In this document: positions 24,156-37,700 of the stretch, piece after piece
Numbering within the stretch: position 1 is the stretch's first letter
Layout: every line of letters starts with the position of its first letter
NCBI GenBank assembly: GCA_040954595.2
Contig: CM082592.2
Span: forward strand, 8,109,677-8,173,676
Direction: 5' to 3'
Source: Balanoglossus misakiensis
Taxonomy: Eukaryota > Animalia > Hemichordata
DNA: 64,000 nucleotides
Position numbers and translations under genes: made by a program
The notes under the pieces: model-generated
Told to the model about the DNA's origin: nothing
Database searches by the model: none
The model's input: the letters and a program-made list of their open reading frames with translations, nothing else

Positions 24156-25306
24156 TTAAAGACGCCTTTCCAAGAAATTATCATATTTCTGAAAAACTGA
24201 ACGGGTCTCACGATGTCTCTGGTGACAAATGCGGAGACAAAATGGAATCCCAAGGAACATTTCCAGAGTCGTGACGGTTGATGAGCGTTTGAACTTAGAC
24301 CTTGGTGTCGTTAGTTTAGCAAACACCTTTAACTTATTTTGGAAAAAATAAACAAGTAAACAAAAAGAGACAAACAAACGCACCGTTACTCTTGTATCAT
24401 TTTTAAAAAATCACTTCGAGAGTCACAAACTTATTCTAGTAAAAGTAAGAAATATGTACTGTCCTGAGCTTATTTCTTGGGCCTATCCAACTCAAGCAGG
24501 GTTCTTTTTCGGTCTGTGGGAAATTTCGTCAGTGTTGTTTACGAGCTGAGGAACGAAATGTTGGGTACGTCACTCCTTACGAGAAGCTTAGTTTATTTTT
24601 TGTTTTCTGGAGCCGGTGGGCAGTCAAAACCACCGCGAACCGGGGCCCGGTCAAAATCACCGAAAAGACGCCACCAGCGACGAAAAGTGAAACCCTGGAA
24701 ATGCCTGCAGCGAAGTAGGTCTTGTACATGTATAATTTCGTAAACAAATGTAAGTGATTCCCCGACACGTGATCGAGCAATCATACACAGGATGCGGACA
24801 TTTATATAGGTGACGTGCGTCTTTGAACGATGATATAATACAGCAAGCCTTCAACAGTGTTCAACGCCAAGTACAGTTTTCGTGCGGATTTTGCATTCCT
24901 TGACGAGTTTGAGTCGTTGGAGAAAAGAGATTACACACACTACATAGACACTCCCACTTTTGGTTCGATCGTTCGCTTTGACTTGAAGACCACAACTGAC
25001 TAGTAGAACGGAAAGGAGAAAGCACACTCTCACAGTTATAGGTAAGTAATATGTATTTATTTTAGGACTTTCTTGGTCAGCGCAGCGCGCAGAAGGCCGA
25101 ATCGGAGTCCGGCGTTCACAGTGCACAATGCAGGTACAGTTATATTCAAATTGAGTGCCGGATAGCGTCAGCGTTACTGTAACAACGCCGCGCCGGCAGA
25201 TCATGCAGCAGTGCGGCGTCAAAATGGACGCGAGTTGGCGTTTTAGACCATCTTCTTCTTTTTAATGCAAAAGCATTCACAGACACTGTCTAAATTCCGT
25301 CTTTAA
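24156..25306. mobile_element. Possible non-autonomous TTAA-flanked DNA transposon (Kolobok-like)
   Basis: TTAA-AGACG ... CGTCT-TTAA brackets a CpG-rich 1.14-kb block. The inverted match is only 9 bp including TTAA. Confidence 0.35.
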
Positions 25307-28300
25307 GCATGTTGCAGACAATGCTGATATACAAGTTCTGTTTGTAGAAGCTCCATCATACAATTTTCCATTGATTCACTGCACTCGCACCGTTGTTGAC
25401 AGCGTATATATTATAGCGCTGTCAACTACAGCTCGTACTCACACATACACAGTATTCATGGTGATTTTATCATGTTTACATTATCGTATACGAAACTATC
25501 TTAATTCATGTGCGAGACAAGTAAGTTGGCTAAGTCGATATCATTGTAAACAAAATAACACTCGTAAACAAACAAGGCCAACTACATGTTAACTGTTGGA
25601 AGATACAGAATTGAATTAAAATTGAAATCGACATGAAACTAATAAGTGCAGATACAGCAACAATGAGTATTGTTAAAGATAATCATAGTTTATCATGTGA
25701 GCTGACATACTTTCATGGTATTTATATCTCTACTAAAATTATATCTCTGGACATCGTTCGGTTGTTGTTCAACGTGACCCCAATAGACCCTCCAAAAGTC
25801 AATGTGCAGCAAGGTCATTACCAACGTCACTGTAATGTCCAAATCCCAAAGTCACGAGTGAACAAATCAATAAAGTGCAGTGGTGTTGTCAGGACCAGAG
25901 CCAAAGGGATAAAAAAAACGCATGAATGTGATTTTCTGTTATATGAGTATGACCGCATTTTCCCCCATTTCAACTGAGGGCATTGAATGTACTGTTTGAC
26001 TAGTTGGTCAAATATATCTGATAAATCTACTTAGTCATTTCCCACTATTAATTATAAATTTGAAATATTATTTGCTGGTATATCACACTAGAAGAATTAC
26101 AAATCCACTGGTATGAGGATATAAATAAAGCCCCAAACCTGCATGAACACAGATGGTTTGATTGTGAAGAAATTGTGTTCATATCATACTTAATTTTTGC
26201 ACTTTTGAAAGTGTAGGTTTAATGAGGATTGGAGTCAATGAAATAAAAAAAAAGTATAGGAAGGTGTGAATGTTCACGTGACTCTGTTTGCAATGAGGAA
26301 ATGAGACCAGTCATATAATGGGATTGAAAAACAGGAAATCTACAATCTATTTTTGGCAGTGGAGTGCCAAAGCCCCATCTGTCAGTCTGCCCCCTGGGTT
26401 CTGCTGACATTGGCATTACATGATTGACATCGGTACTTGGTTTTCATGGAAATATTGATAAATTGAATCAATTTGTTTTCAGATAAACTTGATGTACAAA
26501 ACTCAAATCCCCGTTTTCTCCAAGGTTGCAGAATGCATCAGTATTTGGATTGAGAATTAAAAAAGCAGACAATATTACTGTGTATAATGTCTGCATTTCT
26601 ATAGTCCTTTTTGACCTTGGCGATAATCAGAGGTTTAGTTTGGCGGTTCTTTAAGGAAGCACTCACCCCCTGCTGGTGTGTGGTAACAAAGTGTGTTTTC
26701 ATGCAGTGACAAAACAGCTCTCTGCCGAATTTCTTTCACTGTATATATGTGAATGCTAGTGAATGGTTTATATTGAATATATAAAAACAGCTGTGTGGGG
26801 GTCACTGATGGAAAGTTTTGCGCCTGTGGAGTGGTTTTGAACTTTTCACACAGTATCATTAGATTTGCAAACAGTTTAGCTGGACTTGTGGTGAGATGTT
26901 GCCTACTTTGTTGGGGTTTTAAAGCGCGAACAGCTGTAACTCTTGGCTTATTTGTCGGTGTTTTCCTCTCTGTATCAACTACCGTTGATTGTTCGAGTCT
27001 GCAAAACTCCCTCTACGTGGCCCAGTCGGCAGTCGGTATTGTTGAAAATTCCGTATGTGAATTTATTTATAAAAAAATGATGGTGGTTAGTACGTGCCAA
27101 GCATTATATTAATAACTGACAGATTATTCATAATAATATGCAGTTAAGTACATGTACTTGTATAGGACCAGCTCTGTGCACAATATGCAGGTATTGGACT
27201 ACTGGGTATGCCATATGTGGCAGTGAGAGTCAGTGGTATCTCATTATAGCCCCTGTGAAGTCATTGAGGGGTCATCGTGACCGCCATGCAAAGCTGCTGG
27301 ACGACGCCCATTTGTGTTTTAGTAAAATAAAGGCTAAAGTATGTTATGTAATGCTTGATTGACAAAATGATATCCCCCCAAATTAAGTCAATGGCTAATT
27401 ATCGTAACAATTGTTACTTTGCATGCAGCAGACACGTGTTTTTGGTTTCATGAAATTTGAGGAGGGCGTGCATGGCTGAGCTATAGTGCTTGTCGGTCAC
27501 ATTGAACAGATTTACTTGGAAATTGAAGCCTATCTGGAATATTACTGGACAGTCAGGTGAGTACTAGCACAAAATATATAATCTGTTTTTATATCAACAG
27601 CACCACACAAGGACGTAACTTTGCGACTTCACAGTCTAAACAAAATCCTGTCTACATGTACACGTCACTGAACACATTTTCTAGTCCCCTACAAAGTAGA
27701 TCTATACCGGGTAGAAGCTGTATAGACTAGACACGTTTTTAAAACTGAACAAATTTCAGTCCCTTAAAGAAAGTGTCTGGTTTAGACAGATAGTACTGTA
27801 AGACGCTTGGTTCAACAGTCCTTTGAACTCGACTCAGAAGGAGACTAAATGACCTCAAGGGTCAATAGGGAGACAGGATGCAAAAGGTCTAAGAAAGGTT
27901 TGATAATAAGGAAAACATTTCATTGTTGAACTTATGCGATGGTCCCTTAGTACGGTACATACATCATTGGTTAAGCCATTTCTTCAGTGAAGTTTATTTC
28001 CTCAGATCAGAATGCATTCATATGACAGTTGATGGTCTAGGAGAGACAGCTACATGTAGCCGATTTTCTCCTTTGATGCAACCAAGCAAAAGATGCGGCG
28101 AACCCAGCTTTGACAGTAAGACAGACATCTCGGCTAATGATGCCATGTACTCTATTACCCTCATCATGGAAAGTGGCCCGATGCGCATGTAGACCAAAAT
28201 GATTAGGGTGAAAAAAAAAACATGCTCTGATTACGGTGTAGTCATTCGTCTGTCGATCGGATGCAGAAGTACATGTCAAATGATGATCTGACACTGATCC

Positions 28301-28665
28301 CCCAAAACCCCGTGCTCCTGTTATTTGTCAGTTGTTGTCTACGGTATACCTGGCCAGTTCAGGGATCTCCCAGGGGGTTTCAACCCTGCTGTGTAATTAC
28401 CTGCTTCTGAGGCAGTCCTGGAGCTGGGGTTTTAAAATCAATTTCTTAAAGAAAAGAACAAGGAAAATATCACGTGACGTTTATTACACCGGCAGTAAAC
28501 TTACTGTTGATTGGAGCCCTGATGATGCAAGTTTCTGAAGTAGAAATTCTGTTTTTATGCAACTTGAACAAACATATACATTAGTACACTGACTGTAAAA
28601 CTGTCGTAAAACATTTAACGTCAAGAACTGTTGTCAGTGTGTGGTTGCTAATGAAATTAGCGAAG

Positions 28666-28722
28666 TCAATCAATCAATCAATTAACCAACTATGAACTAA
28701 TAAGCAATCAATCAATTAATCA
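28666..28722. repeat. Degenerate (CAAT)n microsatellite
   Basis: tcaatcaatcaatcaattaaccaa...gcaatcaatcaattaatcaa. Confidence 0.7.
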
Positions 28723-31700
28723 AAGGTGTTTAATGAAACACAGTTCAGTAATCATGTTTATTTTTCTCCTAAACATCTAAAAGGTTAATGCATGTCACAC
28801 TTTAGAGACCGAGCAAAAGTAAATATTCATTCGCAGTATTAGGCTTGATATATATTCGTAAATTCATGCTGTTTGTAATTTGGTATTCTAAGATTGATGA
28901 CGTTCGTACACGGGGGATGTTTGAAGAGTTTGTTGAAGCATGCAGAGAAGGGCATTTTCTAGAGTCCTGTAGCGGTATATCATCAGTTATTTTTTTATTT
29001 CACCCCCATGAATACTGCTGTTATACAGTCATACCTTGATAATATGTCCAGGCACCTGATTTTGAGTGTTATAGGCTTTTGATGCAATCTTGAAAACCGC
29101 AGTAGTCAGGAAAAATTCCTTCTCATTATCTCGTCCCACATTTTTTTTCATGTATAATTTGATGTTGCGTAGACATTTGAAGGTTTCCGGAATTTCTTAA
29201 AGAATGAGAACTTTTCACCTGAACCAAGTCAATTTTATAGACAGACAGATGGCCAAGATGTCTTTTCTTCATTTTGATGATATTGATTTCTCCCGAAGTC
29301 AAAGATATTGATTTAAGCTGTGTTTGCCGTAAAAATTGGAGCTATTACGTGAGGTCGCAGTCTCCGGGAATGGTCGGGACAGCTTTGAAATTTGTTCTTT
29401 TGTACTGGCAGATTGTTGACAAAGAGGTGATCAGAATGCGTTCAAAATAACTCGTCATTATTATTATTTGAAATAAACTGCAAAATGTGTATGTCAATCG
29501 GTGATACAAAACAATATTAGATTTTTCTGTACAGTTTAATAAATGCATTGGTTTGAACTCCAACATTCGGTGTCTGAAAAGAAAAGTAATAGAAAGTTAA
29601 ACATTGATAGTAAAATTAGTGTATATTCTAGAAAAATTGGTTTCCGGTACATTTATGGAAAGCATTATATTAGGGGAGATTTTATGTACAGGTAAAATTA
29701 AAAGCAAACATTTAAATGGTGTTTGAACAAAGGCACTAATTTGAAATTAAATAATCTATGAAAGAGCCCGTGCTTGTCTAAACAGGGTTCTGTGTGCTCA
29801 CGTGAAAGTACAGAGAGGAAAATTTGTCTTGTAAGCATCAGATCAATGCGGTTTAATTTTCGCGTTTGGTGGGAATTTGGTAGACTTTTATTTTGCTTCA
29901 GGGCGAGAGTTGTTTTTCCCCCGCCTTGCCAAAATCAGTGAAAATTGCATTGATTTTACAGGGTCCTAAACTTCTGGAACCGAACCCCCCAGGCCCATCA
30001 AACTGCCAAGAGTGGGTGTGGTTCAGTTAGGCCTATTAGTATACTACCCATGCATTTCCGTGAATTACTGTGAGATTTGGTGCACTTTTTTTAAGAGGGT
30101 TCAAAGTGCCAATCTGTGCCTAAGTACTTCAAATTTTGTAACTATGTACATTACATGTATATGTCATATGCCAAGGCATGGGGGGAGGGGGGGGGTACAC
30201 GTAGATTGCTGGCAGTTTCAATCTTGATAATTCTCTTCGAAAAACCATCTGGAAAGAAGAGGAATTAGTTTAGTTCTGTCTGTTGAATCAGGCAGGAAAG
30301 TGCGAATTCATTTCTGTTGCAGAATACATAAAACGAAACACACAATGCATGGTGCACACACGTCTCATTCATTATCTCCTGTTTACAGTCAACTAACACG
30401 AACGGCCCAGCCAGGTTTTTTTTTCTTCCCGCTCCCAGGTTACCAGACGATCATCAAGTTGATGGATATTATGAGAAATTCTGACAGGTGCACTGCCTAG
30501 TATTAATTTTTCCATTACCAAAGAGAAGCAAGTGATGCATAAGACAGATAACCACAATCTGACGATTCTTTTATATAGGACATATACAGGTGATTTATAT
30601 CGCGTATATTGCACGGTTCATCAGCTGCATCCGAAAGATGGTGGCTCATCCATAGTCTAGGTGCCAACTTTTATGGACGTGCATATTTTTCGTGAATTGT
30701 GAATTTTTTTTTTCTCTCTCTCTCTCTTTATGATGTAAATTTAAAACGGGGTGAATGTTTGACGTACCGTAGTTTATCAGTTCACAGGTGTGCAGAGGCA
30801 GAGCCAGCATTGTATCACAATCGGACACAGAGATCTCTTCACAGTTCCAAATTTATCTGTTGAATACATCTTGTGTCAGTTTGGCGGGTGTTTTTGTGTG
30901 ATCCAAATTGGAAGTTGCTCTCTCGGATATAAAATGTGTTATCACTGTGACCTCGGACACATTATCTGAAACTTGGAGGAAATTATTGATAGTTAATCTG
31001 TGTTTGAACTGATCTTCAATAATAAAATTCCAGTCTTTTGTATTTTAATTATAATTGGTACTGTGCACTCGTCAGATTGTTATGAAAAATTTGGTTTGCA
31101 AGTTCCTAGTTATACCTCACATTATTTATCTGTAATTTTCTATTGTTTACTGGTTGTTTGCGTATCTGCTCAAATGGGAGCACAGTGCCCCTTGGTGCTA
31201 GTTTTGTCTGGTGCAGTTTCCAATCAAACTGCAGCAAATGGGGGAAATGAAGGCCGACATTTGCCACGGCCGTTAATGAAGCGACAGGATATTGAGTTTC
31301 TCCCGCTATGTTCCTGCTTCCCCGCCGCATTGGAAATATTGTTCTTTATTCCAACCAAGTCTGGCCGTAATGTTGCCAATAAAAACCTCACAAAGCCGAC
31401 AAAGCCAATCTAGGAGCGAGTTCGTTGAATCCCATCGGGAGAAAAAGAAACTCCGTATTGAAAATGTATCAATTTGGTGCGTGCCGTATTGTGCAAGTTT
31501 TCTGCATTGCTGCTGTAATTCAAAATATTAAATACCGCTCCAATAGCATTTCATGATTAGGAGAGAAGCCAGAAAGCAAGGAAGCTAGGTATTCAAACGA
31601 CAGAATCTTAATGTCGAAAGCAAGAAATCCCGCAAATAATAGAACGAATCGAATATGTAAATTGAAAATCAACAACAGTATAATACTCTGTCAGGGATTG

Positions 31701-34700
31701 TCCATCCAATCGTATAGAAGAAGAAAAAAAAAAGGAACGAGACAGCTTTATCTGTAGACTCCAGGGAAACCTATTTTCTTGAGTCGACGTGTATGCATCA
31801 TAGTTGAAGATAAATCATGGTAATCACACATTGGGGATATTCTGAATAATCTGCATGTGTGCAGACATCAAAATTTAAATTTCTTGAAGTCAAATTTGTA
31901 TCATTAATGCGTGTTTCGCAGCAAATGGAGATTATAAAAAATGTAGGCATATGCAAATGTCCAGAGAACTAATTTTTTGTTAACACATGTCATAACATGG
32001 ACATTTTAATAAAATATTAAAAGTGCTGATATTTGAAAAAGAGATTGTGAGTTACAGCTATAGTTATAACAGTGGGACCCCTAGTATGGTGCTCAGCCCT
32101 GTTGATTTGATAAAACCTTTCATTTGTTTATCGTACACGCATTATGATATATAGCTACAGAGGAAAACGATGCACCATGAGAACCATCCATTATGGAGAT
32201 CTATAATTCTCAAAAGTGACTTGTTATAAATCTTCACTAACTGGAACGGCCCCCAGAAGTATAACCACAACTCACATTAACAATTAACATTTTTAAAACA
32301 CAAATTACCTTTCTGTGTTTTGAATTTTAACTCCCTGGCTCAGTATTTGTGTACTGACTTTCTTTCTGCATGAATCTGTACGTTAGGTTCCATGTTTGAA
32401 TCCATAAAAATACAAATTTATTAGTCTTATGTATTTTTATAATGATACACAAGCTTTTAGGTTGTAAGTATACCATACTTTAATCTTGTCTATGTGCATA
32501 TCCGATGGAGTGGATGAATCTCATTTAATATGCAGAACAGTGCGAAATCACTGAAAGAAATGAATAATAATTAAAAATTATCACTGTTCTGTTTAAGTAA
32601 TCATAGTAATTTTCACATCTACTTATCTGCCATCATGTGGCAGCTGAAAAGAAAAAAGGTTGGATAATATTTTTTCTGAACAAATTGAAACTTTCTTAAT
32701 AATTAAATCCGCTTAAGAATCAACCATCTAGTCACGTAGTGCATTAAGAAAGGCATATTTGCATTCCGTTTCCCAGAGGTTTATAATTTCATGAATATGA
32801 ATATTTTGGGCTACACTACTATGCTTTTAGGGGTGGTCAAAGGATGATAGGCGGAAGATTTAGCTGACAGTGATCAGTGGATTTTAAGCCATCGCTGATA
32901 TGCCTTTGTTTTTAACGGGATTAAAACACAAATAGATGATATGCTAGAAAAATATCCTGATTTAACGCATGAATTTCGAATACGTGTATACAGCCGTGAG
33001 AAGCTACGCAGCTGGCCGCGCTGTTCTAGGCGTCCATACGATGGTTTATGCGTAGAATAGTCCATACACATATGCACTGAAAATGATTAAGTGCACATGA
33101 CAAGTGTTGCCAGAATTCATTATCCGTACATCCATTCTGGGATAGTGTGTGTGTGGAACGTTGTGTCGTTCACGCGAGTGCTGATAACGGGAGAACGTAC
33201 TCGTACTTGGCATATTGTGAATTAGAATCAAAGGGATATTCTCAGTCCAGTTTCTCCAGTAGAGTTCCTCAATGTGAGTATACCAGTCAATTTTAATTGT
33301 TAACGCGCCAGTCTTCCAAATGTGTGCATTTAAACAACACCTAGCTCTCACTGTTGCCTAAATCGAGTATAGGTCAGTCTACAAACGCATGCTATGTTTG
33401 TTAACTCAATCAGAGCTCTGAATACGTGGATATGTGACTGAGTTGACTTTGTTGACAGTCGGGCAGGCCAATCATGCAAGGACGGATTTCACATTTTGAC
33501 AGCATTGCATTGTGCGTGTCTTCACCTACGAAAATCCCCAGCATTGAATATCTAGTCCCTGAAAAATGCTATAAATATCATCCCTGGAGCATATTCTCTG
33601 TTCTGTGCGAGATAAGTTGAAAAAGTAATGCGGGTATAGATGGTCGTGTCCTTGGGGGAATCTTTTTGAAAATGTCCTGCGTGTGCAGAATGGGCTTTGA
33701 AATTTTTATGCACAATTTCACGGTGTGAAAAAACTATGTGCATATATTTATACCTTAGACTTTTACATATTTTTTGTGTTTGAATTAATAGCCATGGACA
33801 AGATGTTAATGAAATTCCGATATGTATATATGCATGTACTGGACGCAGCAATCTGTGAGTACAATAAAAGGTAAAATTGACAAGGCACGGGTAGAATGTG
33901 AGATCTAGTCGGAAGATCTGTGCAGTTTACCAAATAGATGCAACGTGGGCATTTTATTACCTGTGTACCTGCAGTAGTTTCCTCTGTGGCTTAGGTTTTA
34001 TTGGTTTTTCTTATAATCTTCACGACCGATCAGGCCAACTGAGGATCTGGGCAGGATGCAGATGGAATATACATACATAGAGCACTGCCATGTGTTACAA
34101 TGGGATGCAGTGATGCCTCTATACTTTCGCAAAGCTCCTCTGTGATATTTGCTAAGAATGTAGAAGTTCAACTTCATAATTCTACTAATGAATATGCAAG
34201 GGTGTCTGCAGTTTTATTAATTACCTTGTCTTATCGATGGTTCACCAATTGCATGATACGTTAACGTACATAGATGACCTGAGTGTTGCGCGAAGATGGT
34301 TCATGATACATGCATGTAGGCCACATTCAGACGTCGTTTGAATCTATTGTATTCCGTATACCCGCAAGACATGCACTTGTTATAAATGCACAGTCATCCT
34401 TTTTTTTTTAAAATCTATAATTCATGGTTAACAGTTGATGTTAATACTGCTAAATGTGTATAATCCACTCTGCCGGGTTGTGACCAGGCTTTCATATACG
34501 ACCCAGTGAAGGTGAATTTGATGTCAAGGTCTGATTGAGGAGTAATCAAGGTCAAGTTTAATGTATCGTATTAGAGTTCTTGTCAGGATGAATCACTGTG
34601 AGGTGCGAGTGTTGAATCTCAATGACTGCTGATGAGGCAGGAATCTGTAGTGACCTGTATCATCCATGGTATTAACTTTATATTTTGAGCCCAATATGTA

Positions 34701-37700
34701 ACATCTGTTGTACCAGCAGTAAAAGCGTCAATAGTTAATGATTGCTATTTTTATTCTCAATGATACATACTGGCATATCGGGAAACATGTTCCAAAGCAC
34801 GATTTTCAGAGTATCTAAATAATTTCTGGCAGACCTTATTGTTTATTATATTAACTGTTTTGTTATCGTTGTTTTCTGAACAACATGTTTTTGCTAATAG
34901 CCTGCATAACGGTAAGAGATCGTGCTTCATCATGCCAAAGTCATGCCGGTACTTGTACATGTGTGTGGTGTAACACATAGATTTGCTGTATCGGCGCAGT
35001 TACAAATAGCAGCGGATGAATGTCCCGGTACATGACGCGACTGCATAATGACGCGGTGTGTGACACGCATTTTATAGACTCCGAACATTATTCCCTGCAC
35101 CATATGGGACGAGTATTTGTTCATTTCTTTTATGTGTTCAAGTGATAATGTCTGTTTACTCCCAGTGGTGGTACAAATATTGGCCCATGCATCACATGGT
35201 GTATTATGTCTAATGTGCATGTGTCCAATAAATTTGCTGATTAAACATTTAACTGTGAAGCCTATGTGGGCTATTTTAAGGAGAAGCCAGTCTGATGATG
35301 TGAAATATACTGGTCAAAATTTGCCTGCAGACTACATGCCCATGTGAAATGCATTAAATCTCTGTGCGTATTTGGCATGTAACAGTCAGCTGTCCAACAC
35401 CAAGAGAGCATACGTCATTCACCAAGATGAGGTCGCTAATTTGATTAGACTCAAATGACACCCGATAAACTTGGATGAACTCGCAATAGAACAGAGTCGC
35501 AAGGAACGCCTTGTAGTCAGAAAGATGATACTTGGCGTGTAGCATTTCATACATTTCCCATGCTGTGACTGTTATTTGGCTTTCTGTAGAAAACTGACCA
35601 ACATAACAAGTTGTAGAAACACTGTCATCTTTAATATTCCCAACCACCTTTCTGGTGCCTAGCTGGATTAAAACTGTACACGTTTTTTTGAAATGTGCAT
35701 TTGAAATATAACTGACTCGTACAAAGCTGTGCATTAAACTTTGCACTCTAGATGTGTACATATCTTGTGCTTGTTAAATGGTTGCCAAGGTAATAAAAAG
35801 TAAAGCTAATCAGTGTATTGCAGGTACGTCACTGAATTTAATCTCAAGCCCCCAAAATATTTGTTTTGCAAAAAAATGGTTTCAAAATCATCTTCTGAAT
35901 GTCTGAAAGCATTAGCCGAAATTAAAAATGATACTTTACAGATAGAGATCTCCTATGCTCGGAGAACAATTTGCTAAATGTAAAATTGTATTATAATGAT
36001 AAATCGTTTACTATGAGATGTGACATATCTACAAAATGTTTTTTTCTTTTCCCACAAAATGCTGCCCTGTTCCCACAGAACACTTAGATACTGTAATGAT
36101 GAATGGCACTGCCTCTAAGTTAGCATTTGTGAAGTATCCCCTGAGTATAAAGCAAGCTTTATATATATTTGCCTATTTTGCATTATTGATGTGTACAACA
36201 GTGAGTTCTTGCCAGTCGGATCAAATGCACATATTTATTTTTCTGTGTCCCCCGCAGAATCATCAATGGACTAAATTGTCTAAATCGTGATTTGTGGTCG
36301 ACTTTGCTGTCGGAAACCACGAAAGCCACAAAAACCAAATAGATGTCGCCTATCTGATTTTGACGAGACATTTTGCTTGCATTTTGGGAAGAAGAAGAGG
36401 AAAAATTGCCCGTATTAAAAATCAATGCAAGAATGAAGGGAGGGAGGGACAGCAATTGGGGAGCATGGAAACGATACCCTGTTGACGTCAGCCATTTTGC
36501 CCAGGGATAGATTGTCTCTCAAAGTCAATTTGTCATCAGTAGACCTCGCTCATGAAGATTGCATGCCACTCCGTCTTGCATTACCCAAGAAGACCTACCG
36601 GTACAATGCATGCAGCGTGACTGTATCATTTTGTAGGGTGTGCATGCAAGCTTGTTACTACCTCTGACATTTCTCAGGCCTATTCGTGACTTCTCCAATA
36701 CTCGAGAAAGGTGTACCCGGAGATTCAGTCAATCAATTAGTGATGCTAATAGGTTGATAATGTGGACGAAAAGTATGCTTGCAAAGGGTAGAGGCATAGC
36801 AAGAAACCCAGTCAATTTATTAAATAGATTGATATTAATGATTCAGACACAATGTTGAGCATGCATCTCCAAATCATGGTGTTATCGCACACTTGAAAGT
36901 TCTAAAACCCAGGGTTATTCGTGTAGACTTTAATCAATAGTTAATGATGTGATAGTTTTATGTGAGCGTGACTCAAGTGAACACTAATTGTATATGTGGG
37001 TAGTACAGCTTGTATAAGGTCAAATTTTTCTTGACCTTTCCTATTGTGCATGGCTGGTTGATTGTATGCATGCCCACCCAGATGGATTGATATTACAGTA
37101 ATGTCCCCTCCCACTGCTTCGCCTGGTGTCCTCGTATGCCTGCCTGCTGTTTGTTTGACAGCCTGTCCTCATTCCATCTGCGGCAATCGACTGCAATATT
37201 AGACAATTTCTTCTGGTCCTTCGATGCTCCGAAACTGCCCACACTGAGAGGCAATGGCACAGCGTGGGTGTTGATGGCAGTGTACGTGGCCGGCGCGAGA
37301 ATCGAGCTTGGCCACCCCTGGTTGGTTTGCTTTGTGTCCTGCCCTCCTAGTCAGAAAAGTCACTGAAACATATCCCATTCACTTGTACTCATGAATCCAC
37401 AGTTACCACATATCCCAAAGATCTAGCCAATCGCAGATTTTCATTTGGGGCGGGTCATGTTAAAAAGGGCGTCGCCACATGATCGTAAGAAACCTTTGAC
37501 GTATGCTGCTATAAATATGCATTGAAAGCACATTATCGGTAATAAACATCATAACATGCCAGTGCCTGTGTCTAATAAAATAGACTCAGATAGTTACAAT
37601 TACTGTACCACTGAACAAAAGTGTAATGTGACTGTCGTATATGTAATTTGTTTTACGAGACAACCTTGCGGTCAAAAAAAAATGCATCTCCAACATAGGA

